In this document: piece by piece, positions 10,184-17,915 of the stretch
Numbering within the stretch: position 1 is the first letter of the stretch
Layout of the letters: every line of letters begins with the position of its first letter
Source: Haloferax volcanii DS2
Lineage (GTDB): Archaea > Halobacteriota > Halobacteria > Halobacteriales > Haloferacaceae
DNA: 32,000 nt
Reading direction: 5' to 3'
Assembly: GCF_000025685.1 (NCBI RefSeq)
Contig: NC_013967.1
Coordinates: 1,710,001-1,742,000 of the forward strand
Program-made: the position numbers and the translations under genes
Notes under the pieces: generated by a model
Told to the model about the DNA's origin: nothing
What the model saw: the letters and a program-made list of their open reading frames with translations, nothing else
Database searches by the model: none

Positions 10184-10214
10184 GTTCGCGGGTCGGGTTA
10201 GTTCGCGGGTCGGG
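10184..10214 (+). repeat. two copies of GTTCGCGGGTCGGG spaced 17 bp apart
   Basis: Exact 14-mers at 10184-10197 and 10201-10214. A related gcggggtcgggtt occurs at 10410-10422. Confidence 0.9.
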
Positions 10215-10492
10215 CGGTCGTCGACGGGTGCGTGCGGGGGGGAGGGCGTTCCGGAGTCGCGTCGTGAGTTCGGGTCGCTGCGCCCTGGGGAGGGGCGTCA
10301 ATTCGCCGGGGTCACGAATCGCGAGGGCTGTTGAGTCGCGTCTCGGTTCGGTTTCCGAGCGCGCTTGGCGGGGCTGTCACGGGGCCATTAGGGGCTATCG
10401 GTGGCTGTCGCGGGGTCGGGTTCTTTCGTCCGGGGACCGGGCGGTGCGCGCCGTCCTGGCGCTGGCGTCGGTCGGGGCGGGCAGTGCGTGTC

Positions 10493-10747
10493 TCAGGCGG
10501 TCTCGACGCGCCACGTGGTCGCGCTCGTGTACGACCACTTCTCGATGGACAGGTCCGTCGCGGAGTCGCGGAGCTTGACCATCAGGGCGCCGATTTCCTT
10601 GGGAGACAGGCCGACGTCGTCGGCGATGAATTTGCTCTTGAAGTACATCTCGCCGTCTTTCGCACGGTCGAGCAGGTACTGCTTGAGGCGGTCTTCCTTG
10701 GAGCTATCGTCGGTGGAGGGGGGTACTGTTGCGCTCATCTGGTACAC
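10493..10747 (-). CDS. small conserved-looking cytoplasmic protein, possibly helix-turn-helix-like (84 aa)
   Basis: GC3-rich acidic ORF (…DRLKQYLLDRAKDGEMYFKSKFIADDVGLSPKEIGALMVKLRD…). The track start is GTG at 10747, with an alternative ATG at 10738. A strong TATA box lies upstream. Confidence 0.6.
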   Translation of the reverse strand: MYQMSATVPPSTDDSSKEDRLKQYLLDRAKDGEMYFKSKFIADDVGLSPKEIGALMVKLRDSATDLSIEKWSYTSATTWRVETA

Positions 10748-10776
10748 CTCACTTCCACCTATCGCCCCAGTACCTG

Positions 10777-10783
10777 TTATAAA
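10777..10783 (-). promoter_or_regulatory. TATA box (TTTATAA on the minus strand) for the 84-aa gene
   Basis: Lies 33 nt from the GTG and 42 nt from the ATG, inside an AT-rich intergenic island. Confidence 0.5.
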
Positions 10784-10873
10784 GGAAGGTCCGTTAGAAT
10801 TAGTTCGGCCGCTTTCAGCCTGAATCGTTGCAAACGGTACATTTTAGGAATCTTTGAAATCGGCTTAGATTTT

Positions 10874-10889
10874 TTAGAACCGGTTCTAA
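10874..10889. promoter_or_regulatory. perfect 16-bp palindrome TTAGAACCGGTTCTAA
   Basis: Read directly; it is identical to its own reverse complement. It lies about 130 bp upstream of the 84-aa gene in the AT-rich island. Confidence 0.6.
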
Positions 10890-11044
10890 GAGATTCTTTC
10901 AGAGAATATCGTCAGACTTCATATGGGTAAATACTCCCGCTTTTCGCCCGTCTGACGCCGCATTTTGCGGCAACAACACCCGCAATATCGCTCGATTTTC
11001 GCCCCGTCGGGACTATCCGCATCTCCTGAGTTATCCGCGCCGTC

Positions 11045-11830
11045 TCAGCGGTCGTGGACCCAGAACTCCTCGTCGGTGGTCGTCTCCTTCTTAAAAATCG
11101 GCACCTCGTCTTTCAGGCGGTCGATGCCGTCTTCGACCGTCCGGAACGCCTCTCGGCGGTGCCCCGCGAGGACGACGACGAACACGATGTCCGCGCCGTC
11201 TTCGACGACGCCCACCCGGTGGTGCATGAGGACGCGGAGGACGCCGTCGCGCGCCTCCAGTTCCTCGGAAATCGCGTCCATCTTCGACTCCGCGACGCCG
11301 TCGTACTTCTCGAATTCGAGGCTCAGCGTCGGGTCGTCGTCTTCGGACTCCTTCGCGCGCACCCGCCCGGTGAACGTCGCAATCGCGCCGGCGTACACTT
11401 CCAGCGGGTCGGCCTTCGCGCGCTCGACCAGCGTTTCGAGCGTGACGTGCGGCTCGTGAGAGTCGATTTCGGCGGCGAGAGACGCCACGTCCGCGGCGTC
11501 GGCCGTTTCGGCCTCCGCGACGACGTTCGCCGCGTCGACACCCGCGAGCGCGACCGTCGGGACGCGCGCGTCGGGGAACCCCGAGAGGAGCGCGTAGTCG
11601 TACTCGGCCGAGAGGTCGTCGAGGAGTCCATCGAGGTCGCGGTCGTCGCCGGACCCGACCCAGTTACCGTCCGGCGAGAGCCCGTAAGCTGCGGCGACGC
11701 CGTCTGTCGACTCCGGTTCGGTCGCGCTCTCGGGGAGCGATTCCACGGTGGCGACGCGGCCGTCCAACTGCGCGGCGAGTCGGTCGCAGAGCGTTGTCGC
11801 GCCCGCGCCGACGATTCCGAGGACGTGCAT
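11045..11830 (-). CDS. moaE: molybdopterin synthase catalytic subunit MoaE fused to an N-terminal MobB-like domain
   Basis: The C-terminal half (AIATFTGRVR...HHRVGVVEDGADIVFVVVLAGHRREAF...EVPIFKKE) is MoaE. The N-terminus MHVLGIVGAGATTLCDRL resembles the MobB P-loop region. Confidence 0.85.
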   Translation of the reverse strand: MHVLGIVGAGATTLCDRLAAQLDGRVATVESLPESATEPESTDGVAAAYGLSPDGNWVGSGDDRDLDGLLDDLSAEYDYALLSGFPDARVPTVALAGVDAANVVAEAETADAADVASLAAEIDSHEPHVTLETLVERAKADPLEVYAGAIATFTGRVRAKESEDDDPTLSLEFEKYDGVAESKMDAISEELEARDGVLRVLMHHRVGVVEDGADIVFVVVLAGHRREAFRTVEDGIDRLKDEVPIFKKETTTDEEFWVHDR

Positions 11831-11854
11831 ACCCGAAGGACGGCCCGCGCCGGT

Positions 11855-12199
11855 TTAAGATTGCTCCGTGCCGGCCTCGTCGGCCTCGGGCGTCGGCTCC
11901 GATTCCCGCGCCTCGGCGCGCGGGCGGGTCCGGTAGAGGTGGACGGCGACGGCCGCGCCGACGAGTCCGAGGAGCGTCGCCAGCCACGGGGCCGCCGCGC
12001 CGATGGGCGTGTCGGCCGTCGCGGGCAGCGTGTCGAACTGCCAGAGCGCCCAGCCGACCGAAGAACAGGCCGCCAGCGCCCAGTTGAAGACGGTTCGGCG
12101 GTCGACCTCGTCGCGGCGGTGGCGGACGAGCATCGCGCCGAGCGCGAGCACCCAGCCGACGACGATGAGCGTAACCGTCTCCACGGTGACGAGTCGCAT
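11855..12199 (-). CDS. small membrane protein (114 aa, about 3 TM)
   Basis: Hydrophobic segments followed by an acidic tail. A TTTAAA box at 12223-12228 lies about 27 nt upstream of the ATG at 12199. Confidence 0.6.
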   Translation of the reverse strand: MRLVTVETVTLIVVGWVLALGAMLVRHRRDEVDRRTVFNWALAACSSVGWALWQFDTLPATADTPIGAAAPWLATLLGLVGAAVAVHLYRTRPRAEARESEPTPEADEAGTEQS

Positions 12200-12261
12200 A
12201 CCGGTAGTCGCCGCGAGAGTGGTTTAAAGCCCCCGACACGGGCGTCTCGCAGTTGATAACC

Positions 12262-12269
12262 CTTAAGAT
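12262..12269 (+). promoter_or_regulatory. TATA-like box (CTTAAGAT) for pyrH-lysS
   Basis: Centred about 27 nt upstream of the pyrH ATG at 12293. Confidence 0.45.
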
Positions 12270-12292
12270 GCGGTCACGGATACCCGTGTGCA

Positions 12293-13006
12293 ATGAGAGT
12301 CGTCATCTCCATCGGCGGAAGCGTGCTCGCGCCGGACCTCGACGCTCGACGCGTGGAGGGTCACGCCTCCGTCGTCGAAACGCTCGCGCGGGACGGGTGC
12401 GAAATCGGTGCGGTCGTCGGCGGCGGCGGCGTCGCCCGCGACTACATCGGCGCTGCCCGTGACCTCGGCGCGAACGAGGTCCAACTCGACCAAATCGGCA
12501 TCGACGTGACCAGAATCAACGCCCGCCTGCTCATCGCGGCGCTCGGCTCGCAGGTCGATCCCAAGGTCGCCCACGACTACGAGGACGCCGGCGACGCCAT
12601 CCGGCGCGGCGACATCTCGGTGATGGGCGGCGTCATGCCCGGCCAGACCACCGACGCCGTCGCGGCCGCGCTCGCAGAATACGTCGACGCCGACCTGCTC
12701 GTCTACGCGACCAGCGTCGACGGCGTCTTCAGCGCCGACCCGAACAGCGACCCCGACGCGACGAAGTTCGAGGAGATGACCGCCGCGGAACTCGTCGACG
12801 TCATCGGCGACATCGAGATGAACGCCGGGTCGTCCGCCCCGGTCGACCTCCTCGCCGCGAAGCTCATCGAGCGCGCGAAGATGCGCACCATCGTCCTCGA
12901 CGGCACGGACCCCGACCGCATCACGCCCGCCGTCCTCCGCGGCGAGCACACGGGAACCGATATCATCCCCGAGGGCGGCGACGAACCCACCTACTGGGCT
13001 CCCTGA
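12293..13006 (+). CDS. pyrH: uridylate (UMP) kinase
   Basis: MRVVISIGGSVL N-terminus and amino-acid-kinase fold motifs (GGGGVARDY, MPGQTTDAVAA); 237 aa. Confidence 0.95.
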   Translation: MRVVISIGGSVLAPDLDARRVEGHASVVETLARDGCEIGAVVGGGGVARDYIGAARDLGANEVQLDQIGIDVTRINARLLIAALGSQVDPKVAHDYEDAGDAIRRGDISVMGGVMPGQTTDAVAAALAEYVDADLLVYATSVDGVFSADPNSDPDATKFEEMTAAELVDVIGDIEMNAGSSAPVDLLAAKLIERAKMRTIVLDGTDPDRITPAVLRGEHTGTDIIPEGGDEPTYWAP

Positions 13007-13007
13007 G

Positions 13008-14675
13008 ATGACGACCGACGACCCCTCCCGCGGCGACGCCTCCGCCGCGGACGCGACCGACGGCGATGCCGACGCCACCCACCACGGCTTCTGGGCCGAC
13101 GAGGTCGCCGACGAAATCGAGGCACGCGACCCCGACGAACCGGTCGTCGTCAAAGGTGGCGTCTCCCCCTCGGGCGTGGCTCACCTCGGCAACTTCAACG
13201 AGATTATGCGCGGCTACTTCGTCGCCGAGGTGCTCCGCGAGCGCGGCCACGAGGTCCGGCAGGTGTTCACCAGCGACGACAAAGACCCCCTCCGGAAGCT
13301 CCCGCGAAAGCTCGCGGACGCCGACGGCAACATCGTCGGGCTCGGCGAGGTCGACGCCGGCGCCCTCGGCCGCAACCTCGGCAAGCCGTACACGTCGATT
13401 CCGGACCCGTTCGGCGAGGCCGAGTCGTACGCGGCGCACTTCGCGGCGCTCCTGAAGGCCGACGCCGACCGCCTCGGCGTCCCGGTGGAGATGATTTCCA
13501 ACACCGAACTGTACGACAACGGCGACTTCGACCCCGTGGTCGAACACGTCCTCGACCACGCCGACACCGCCCGCGAGGTGCTGGGCGAGTACCAGTCGAA
13601 GGTCGACGAGGACTACGTTCCCTTCAACCCCGTCTGCGCCGAGTGCGGTAAAATCACGGAGACGGTCACGGACATCGACCTCGACGCGGGAACCGTCGAC
13701 TACGTCTGTACCGACATGACCGTCGGCGACAACACCATCGACGGCTGCGGCCACGAGGGGACCGCGACGTTCCGCGAGGGCAAACTGCCGTGGCGCTTCG
13801 AGTGGCCCGGCCAGTGGCAGGTCCTCGGCGTCGACTTCGAGCCGTTCGGCAAGGACCACGCCGAGGGCTCGTGGCCCTCCGGCAAGGACATCGCCGAGAA
13901 CGTCCTCGGAATCGAGCCGCCGGTGCCGATGGTGTACGAGTGGTTCACGCTCAACGGCGAGGCGCTGTCGTCGTCCGCCGGCAACATCGTCACCGTCGCG
14001 GAGATGCTCGACCTGCTCGAACCCGAGGTGCTCCGGTACTTCTTCGCGCTCAACCCGCGGAAGGCCCGCGACCTCGACCTCACGCGACTCGACCAGCTCG
14101 TGGACGACTTCGACCGCTTCGAGCGCGCCTACTTCGGCGAGGTCGACGACGAGAGCCTGACTCGCTTCGCCGAGCGCGCCTACCCGTTCGTCGTCGACGA
14201 GGTCCGCGAGGACCGGGTTCGACTCCCGTACACGTTCGCGGCCGTCCTCGGCATGACCGACGACGAGAACCTCCGCGTCAAGATGGCCCGCAACGAGGGC
14301 TTCTTCGATGAGGACACCCCCGACGAGGTGGTCGAGGAGGCGCTCGGCCGGGTCGAACGCGCCCGCCGCTGGGCCGAGAAGATGGACAACCAGTACAACT
14401 ACCGCTTGCAGGTCGACCTCCCCGAGTTCGACTTCGAGCCCGCCGTCGAGGCCGCGCTTGACGAACTGGCCGACTTCGTCGAGAAGAACCACGACGGCGA
14501 GGCGATTCAGGGCGAAATCTACGAGACGGCGCGCCGCCACGACATCGAGATGGGCGACTTCTTCGCCGCCGGCTACCGGCTGTTCTTCGACGCCGAACAG
14601 GGGCCGCGACTCGGCGGGTTCCTCGGCGAGCTGGAGCGCGACTTCGTCGTCACGCGACTCCGACGCGAGGACTGA
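13008..14675 (+). CDS. lysS: lysine--tRNA ligase, class I
   Basis: PSGVAHLGNFNE (HIGH-type motif) and LSSSAGN (KMSKS-type motif) are typical of archaeal class I LysRS. It starts 1 nt after the pyrH stop. Confidence 0.95.
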   Translation: MTTDDPSRGDASAADATDGDADATHHGFWADEVADEIEARDPDEPVVVKGGVSPSGVAHLGNFNEIMRGYFVAEVLRERGHEVRQVFTSDDKDPLRKLPRKLADADGNIVGLGEVDAGALGRNLGKPYTSIPDPFGEAESYAAHFAALLKADADRLGVPVEMISNTELYDNGDFDPVVEHVLDHADTAREVLGEYQSKVDEDYVPFNPVCAECGKITETVTDIDLDAGTVDYVCTDMTVGDNTIDGCGHEGTATFREGKLPWRFEWPGQWQVLGVDFEPFGKDHAEGSWPSGKDIAENVLGIEPPVPMVYEWFTLNGEALSSSAGNIVTVAEMLDLLEPEVLRYFFALNPRKARDLDLTRLDQLVDDFDRFERAYFGEVDDESLTRFAERAYPFVVDEVREDRVRLPYTFAAVLGMTDDENLRVKMARNEGFFDEDTPDEVVEEALGRVERARRWAEKMDNQYNYRLQVDLPEFDFEPAVEAALDELADFVEKNHDGEAIQGEIYETARRHDIEMGDFFAAGYRLFFDAEQGPRLGGFLGELERDFVVTRLRRED

Positions 14676-14726
14676 CTCCTCGCTCTCGCCCTCAATTTCG
14701 CTTCCCTCGCGTTCGCACGGAGTCCG

Positions 14727-15266
14727 TCAGTTCTCCTCGATGGCGTCTATCACGACCGCGCCGACGACGGCGAGTCGCGGGTCGATACGCTCGCGGTCCA
14801 CGTCGACGGTGTACTTGTCCCGGAGCGAGAACCGCCCGTCTACCGCGCCGACTTCCTCGCCGGCCGCGTCCTCGATGCGGTACGAGAAGGGAATGAGCGT
14901 CGTGACGAGCCGTCTGGCGACCGCCATCGGGACGCTGTCCTCGACGATTCGCCCCGCGACCGAGCCGTCGGGGCCGAGCAGTTGGTAGGTGTGTTTGGCG
15001 AACGAGAACGCGCCGCGTTTGACCGCGCCGACGCGCTCGTCGGTCCGGCTGTCGACGATGTCGTAGGCCGCCGACACGTCGAGGACGCTGTCGGCCTTGA
15101 CGCGGAAGCGCTCCTCGCCGGTGTCGTGGTCGTTCAGCCGGAAGTCCTCTTTCAGTTTGAACTTCTTTTGCTTCGCCGAGAGGACGGGGTCGTCGCCCTC
15201 GTAGACGACGTACTTGTTGCTGATGGACACCTTCTGTCGGACCTCGTAGCGGGAACTGTCGAACAC
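14727..15266 (-). CDS. LURP-one-related/scramblase-like (tubby C-terminal-like) protein
   Basis: 179 aa with alternating beta-strand-like pattern (YEVRQKVSISNKYVVYEGDDPVLSAKQKKFKLKEDFRL...), resembling the DUF567/LOR family. The family call is tentative. Confidence 0.6.
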   Translation of the reverse strand: MFDSSRYEVRQKVSISNKYVVYEGDDPVLSAKQKKFKLKEDFRLNDHDTGEERFRVKADSVLDVSAAYDIVDSRTDERVGAVKRGAFSFAKHTYQLLGPDGSVAGRIVEDSVPMAVARRLVTTLIPFSYRIEDAAGEEVGAVDGRFSLRDKYTVDVDRERIDPRLAVVGAVVIDAIEEN

Positions 15267-15396
15267 GGTTTCCGTTCGTCGCCGGGGTGGCTAAAACCCT
15301 TCTGGGGGACGACTTATGTTCCCGACGCGCGTACGGTGAGACGGGCTCGTTCCCCGCGAACGACGCCTACCGCGGCCTCGCCGCATCACAGTTCAC

Positions 15397-15873
15397 ATGT
15401 CTCTCATCGACTTCATCCGGTCCGTGGAGGAATCGCAAGACGAATTCGACGTCGAACTGGAGGAGTTCGACGCCGACTCGGAACAGGAAGCCGTCGACGA
15501 CGACACCTCGGGCGGCCGCTCGTGGGGTCGGCTGCTCCTCGTCGCGTTGCTCCTCGTGGGCGTCGCCTACGCCGTCTCGCGGCTTCGCTCGTCGTCCGGC
15601 GACTCCTTTACCGACATCGCGCTCGCCGACGACCCCGCCGAGGGCGACTCGGCGGCCGACGAGGAGACCGGCGCAGGCGACGACGCGACCGACGACGAGG
15701 ACGCCACGGTCACCGTCGAACACGACCCCGAGGCGGAAACGGACGACGCCGCGGCCGACGACGAGGCGGCCGAGGCGGACGAGACGGGCGACGCGAGCGA
15801 CGAGGAGACCGACGCGGACGACGACGGCGCGGTCGAAGTCGAAATCGAGTCGCCCGGCGACGACGAGGAGTAA
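15397..15873 (+). CDS. single-pass membrane protein with extremely acidic disordered tail
   Basis: 158 aa: an acidic N-terminal segment of about 43 aa, one TM helix (WGRLLLVALLLVGVAYAVSRL), then about 95 aa rich in D/E/A/T. Confidence 0.65.
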   Translation: MSLIDFIRSVEESQDEFDVELEEFDADSEQEAVDDDTSGGRSWGRLLLVALLLVGVAYAVSRLRSSSGDSFTDIALADDPAEGDSAADEETGAGDDATDDEDATVTVEHDPEAETDDAAADDEAAEADETGDASDEETDADDDGAVEVEIESPGDDEE

Positions 15874-15885
15874 CGCGACGCGCTC

Positions 15886-15912
15886 GTTGCGGGTCGGGTT
15901 CGGTTGCGGTCG
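15886..15912 (+). repeat. GTTGCGGGTCGGG and GTTGCGGTCG copies spaced 17 bp apart, related to the motif at 10184-10214
   Basis: gcgggtcgggtt (15889-15900) is an exact 12-mer match to 10188-10199. The second, degenerate copy starts at 15903. Confidence 0.8.
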
Positions 15913-15950
15913 TCATTCGCGGCCGCCAACGCCCGCCCTCGGTCTCGAAG

Positions 15951-15990
15951 GCGGGACCGTGACCCGAACGGTGGGACCGTAACCCGAACG
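15951..15990 (+). repeat. tandem 20-bp direct repeat g(c/t)gggaccgt(g/a)acccgaacg, two copies
   Basis: Copies at 15951-15970 and 15971-15990 differ at 2 positions. They abut a T-rich box (ccttttgg, 15991-15998) about 27 nt upstream of the protease ATG. Confidence 0.9.
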
Positions 15991-16021
15991 CCTTTTGGCG
16001 CGCGCCGCTTCCCTTCGGGCG

Positions 16022-17809
16022 ATGAACACGCTGCTTTGGGTTCTCGCCGGCTTCATCGCCTACTCTCTCCTCGCGGCGCTGTTGCGTGCTCGCGGTATCC
16101 TCCCCGAGTACGTCCGCGTCCAGGGTCCCCTCACGACGGTCCACACCCGTCGCGGCCGCGAACTCCTCGACAGAATCGCCGCCCCCAAGCGGTTCTGGCG
16201 GGCGTGGAGCAACGTCGGCCTCGGTATCGCCCTCGTCATCATGGTCGGGACGTTCGTCCTCCTCGTCTTTCAGGCGGTCGTCATCCTCCAGAATCCGCCC
16301 GCCCCGACGCAGGTGAACCAGCCGCAGAACTTCCTCGTCATCCCCGGCGTCAACGACTTCCTCCCGCTTTCGGTCGCGCCCGAAATCCTCTTCGGCCTCC
16401 TCGTCGGTCTCGTCGTCCACGAGGGCGGCCACGGCGTCCTCAGCCGCGTCGAGGGCATCGACGTGGAGTCGATGGGCGTCGTCCTCCTGACGATACTCCC
16501 CGTGGGGGCGTTCGTCGAACCCTCCGAGGAGAGCCAGCGCCGCGCCGACCGCGGCGGCAAGTCGCGGATGTTCGCCGCCGGCGTGACGAACAACTTCGCC
16601 GTCACGCTCGTCGCGTTCGCCCTGCTTTTCGGCCCGGTCATCGGCTCTATCTCGGTCGCGCCGGGCGTCGCCGTCTCCGGCGCGTACGCCGGCTCACCGG
16701 CCGACGCCGCGGGTATCTCGGGCGGCGACCGCGTGACCGCCGTCGAGGGCACGCCGGTCAACACGACGCGGGAACTCGACGCCGCGCTCCTCGCGACCGA
16801 CGCGGGGACGGTGTCGGTCGAACTCGACGGCGAGCGGACCGTCTCGGTCACGCGCGAACTCGTCGTCGCCGGCTCCGTCGCCGGCAACCCCGCGAACCTG
16901 ACCGTCGAGTCCGGCTCCGACCCGATTCGCGTGACCGCGGTCAACGGGACCGCCGTCTCGACGCGCGCCGACTTCGAGTCGGCCGTCGGCGACTCGCGGT
17001 TCGCCCGCCTCGACACCTCCGCCGGCGAGCGCACCATCCCGGTCGGCGCATACATCACGAACGTCGCCGAGAACGGCCCGCTGTACAACGCCACGGGGAC
17101 GACCCAACCCCTCATCGTCTCGTCGTTCAACGGCGAGCGCATCACCTCGTCGACGGAGTTGCAGGCGGCGCTCGACCGGACGGACCCCGACCAGACCGTC
17201 GCCGTCGAACTGTACCGAAACGGCGGCTTCGAGACGGTGCAGGTCACGCTCGGCGAGAACCCGCAGGACGGAAACGGGTTCCTCGGCGTCAACATCTTCC
17301 AGGGGACGAGCGGCCTGCTCCTGACGGACTTCGGCACGCAGGAGTACCCCGCGGGGACGTACCTCTCGCTTCTCGGCGGTGACGGCGGCGACGGCGGCGG
17401 CCTCGGCAGCGCCTTCGCCGGGTCGCCCCTCCAGCTCGTCTACGTATCGCTCCTGTTGCCCCTCGCGTCGGTCGTCCTCGGGATTCCGAACTTCCCCGGC
17501 TTCACCGGCGAGGTCATCAACTTCTACCAGGTCGGCGGCCCGCTCGGCTTCCTCGGCGGCGGCGTCTTCATCTTCGCCAACGTCCTGTTCTGGACGGCGT
17601 GGATAAACCTCCAGCTGGGGCTTTTCAACTGCATCCCCGGCTACCCGCTCGACGGCGGTCGCATCCTCCGGACCTCGACCGAGGCCGTGGTCTCGCGACT
17701 CCCGGTCGACGACCCCCACACCGTCGTCCGGACCATCACGACCTCAATCGGGCTCACGATGCTCGCGTCGCTCGTGCTCATGATATTCGGGCCGACGCTC
17801 CTCGGCTGA
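16022..17809 (+). CDS. M50 site-2 protease with PDZ domains
   Basis: VVHEGGHGV (HExxH) and NCIPGYPLDGGRIL motifs, with two PDZ-like inserts between them (GSPADAAGISGGDRVTAVEG..., IRVTAVNGTAV...). Start set to ATG 16022 (MNTLLWVLAG). Confidence 0.85.
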   Translation: MNTLLWVLAGFIAYSLLAALLRARGILPEYVRVQGPLTTVHTRRGRELLDRIAAPKRFWRAWSNVGLGIALVIMVGTFVLLVFQAVVILQNPPAPTQVNQPQNFLVIPGVNDFLPLSVAPEILFGLLVGLVVHEGGHGVLSRVEGIDVESMGVVLLTILPVGAFVEPSEESQRRADRGGKSRMFAAGVTNNFAVTLVAFALLFGPVIGSISVAPGVAVSGAYAGSPADAAGISGGDRVTAVEGTPVNTTRELDAALLATDAGTVSVELDGERTVSVTRELVVAGSVAGNPANLTVESGSDPIRVTAVNGTAVSTRADFESAVGDSRFARLDTSAGERTIPVGAYITNVAENGPLYNATGTTQPLIVSSFNGERITSSTELQAALDRTDPDQTVAVELYRNGGFETVQVTLGENPQDGNGFLGVNIFQGTSGLLLTDFGTQEYPAGTYLSLLGGDGGDGGGLGSAFAGSPLQLVYVSLLLPLASVVLGIPNFPGFTGEVINFYQVGGPLGFLGGGVFIFANVLFWTAWINLQLGLFNCIPGYPLDGGRILRTSTEAVVSRLPVDDPHTVVRTITTSIGLTMLASLVLMIFGPTLLG

Positions 17810-17915
17810 GCGCCTCGGCCACCCCGGGTCGGGGTCGACTCGCCTCCCTTCGACGGTTCTCGAACCGCGAAAACGACTCGCAACTTCAATACCGGATGAC
17901 TCCCTAGGCCCTCGT

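Noticed and set aside
10044-10301. N-terminal 86-codon extension of the M50 protease ORF (track start 10301)
   Set aside because: The extension is Pro/Arg/Thr-rich and basic, unlike the acidic proteome. An ATG at 10043 with a TATA-like box about 29 nt upstream gives a sensible start.
10076-10492. SRP RNA, RNase P RNA or another large structured RNA in the G-rich spacer
   Set aside because: The strong excess of G over C on one strand is incompatible with an extensively Watson-Crick paired RNA, and no conserved SRP or RNase P motifs were recognised.
12263-14540. Minus-strand ORFs 12263..13153 (296 aa) and 12963..14540 (525 aa)
   Set aside because: They are antisense to pyrH and lysS, which carry clear family motifs. 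They have no motifs of their own and are GC-artefact frames.
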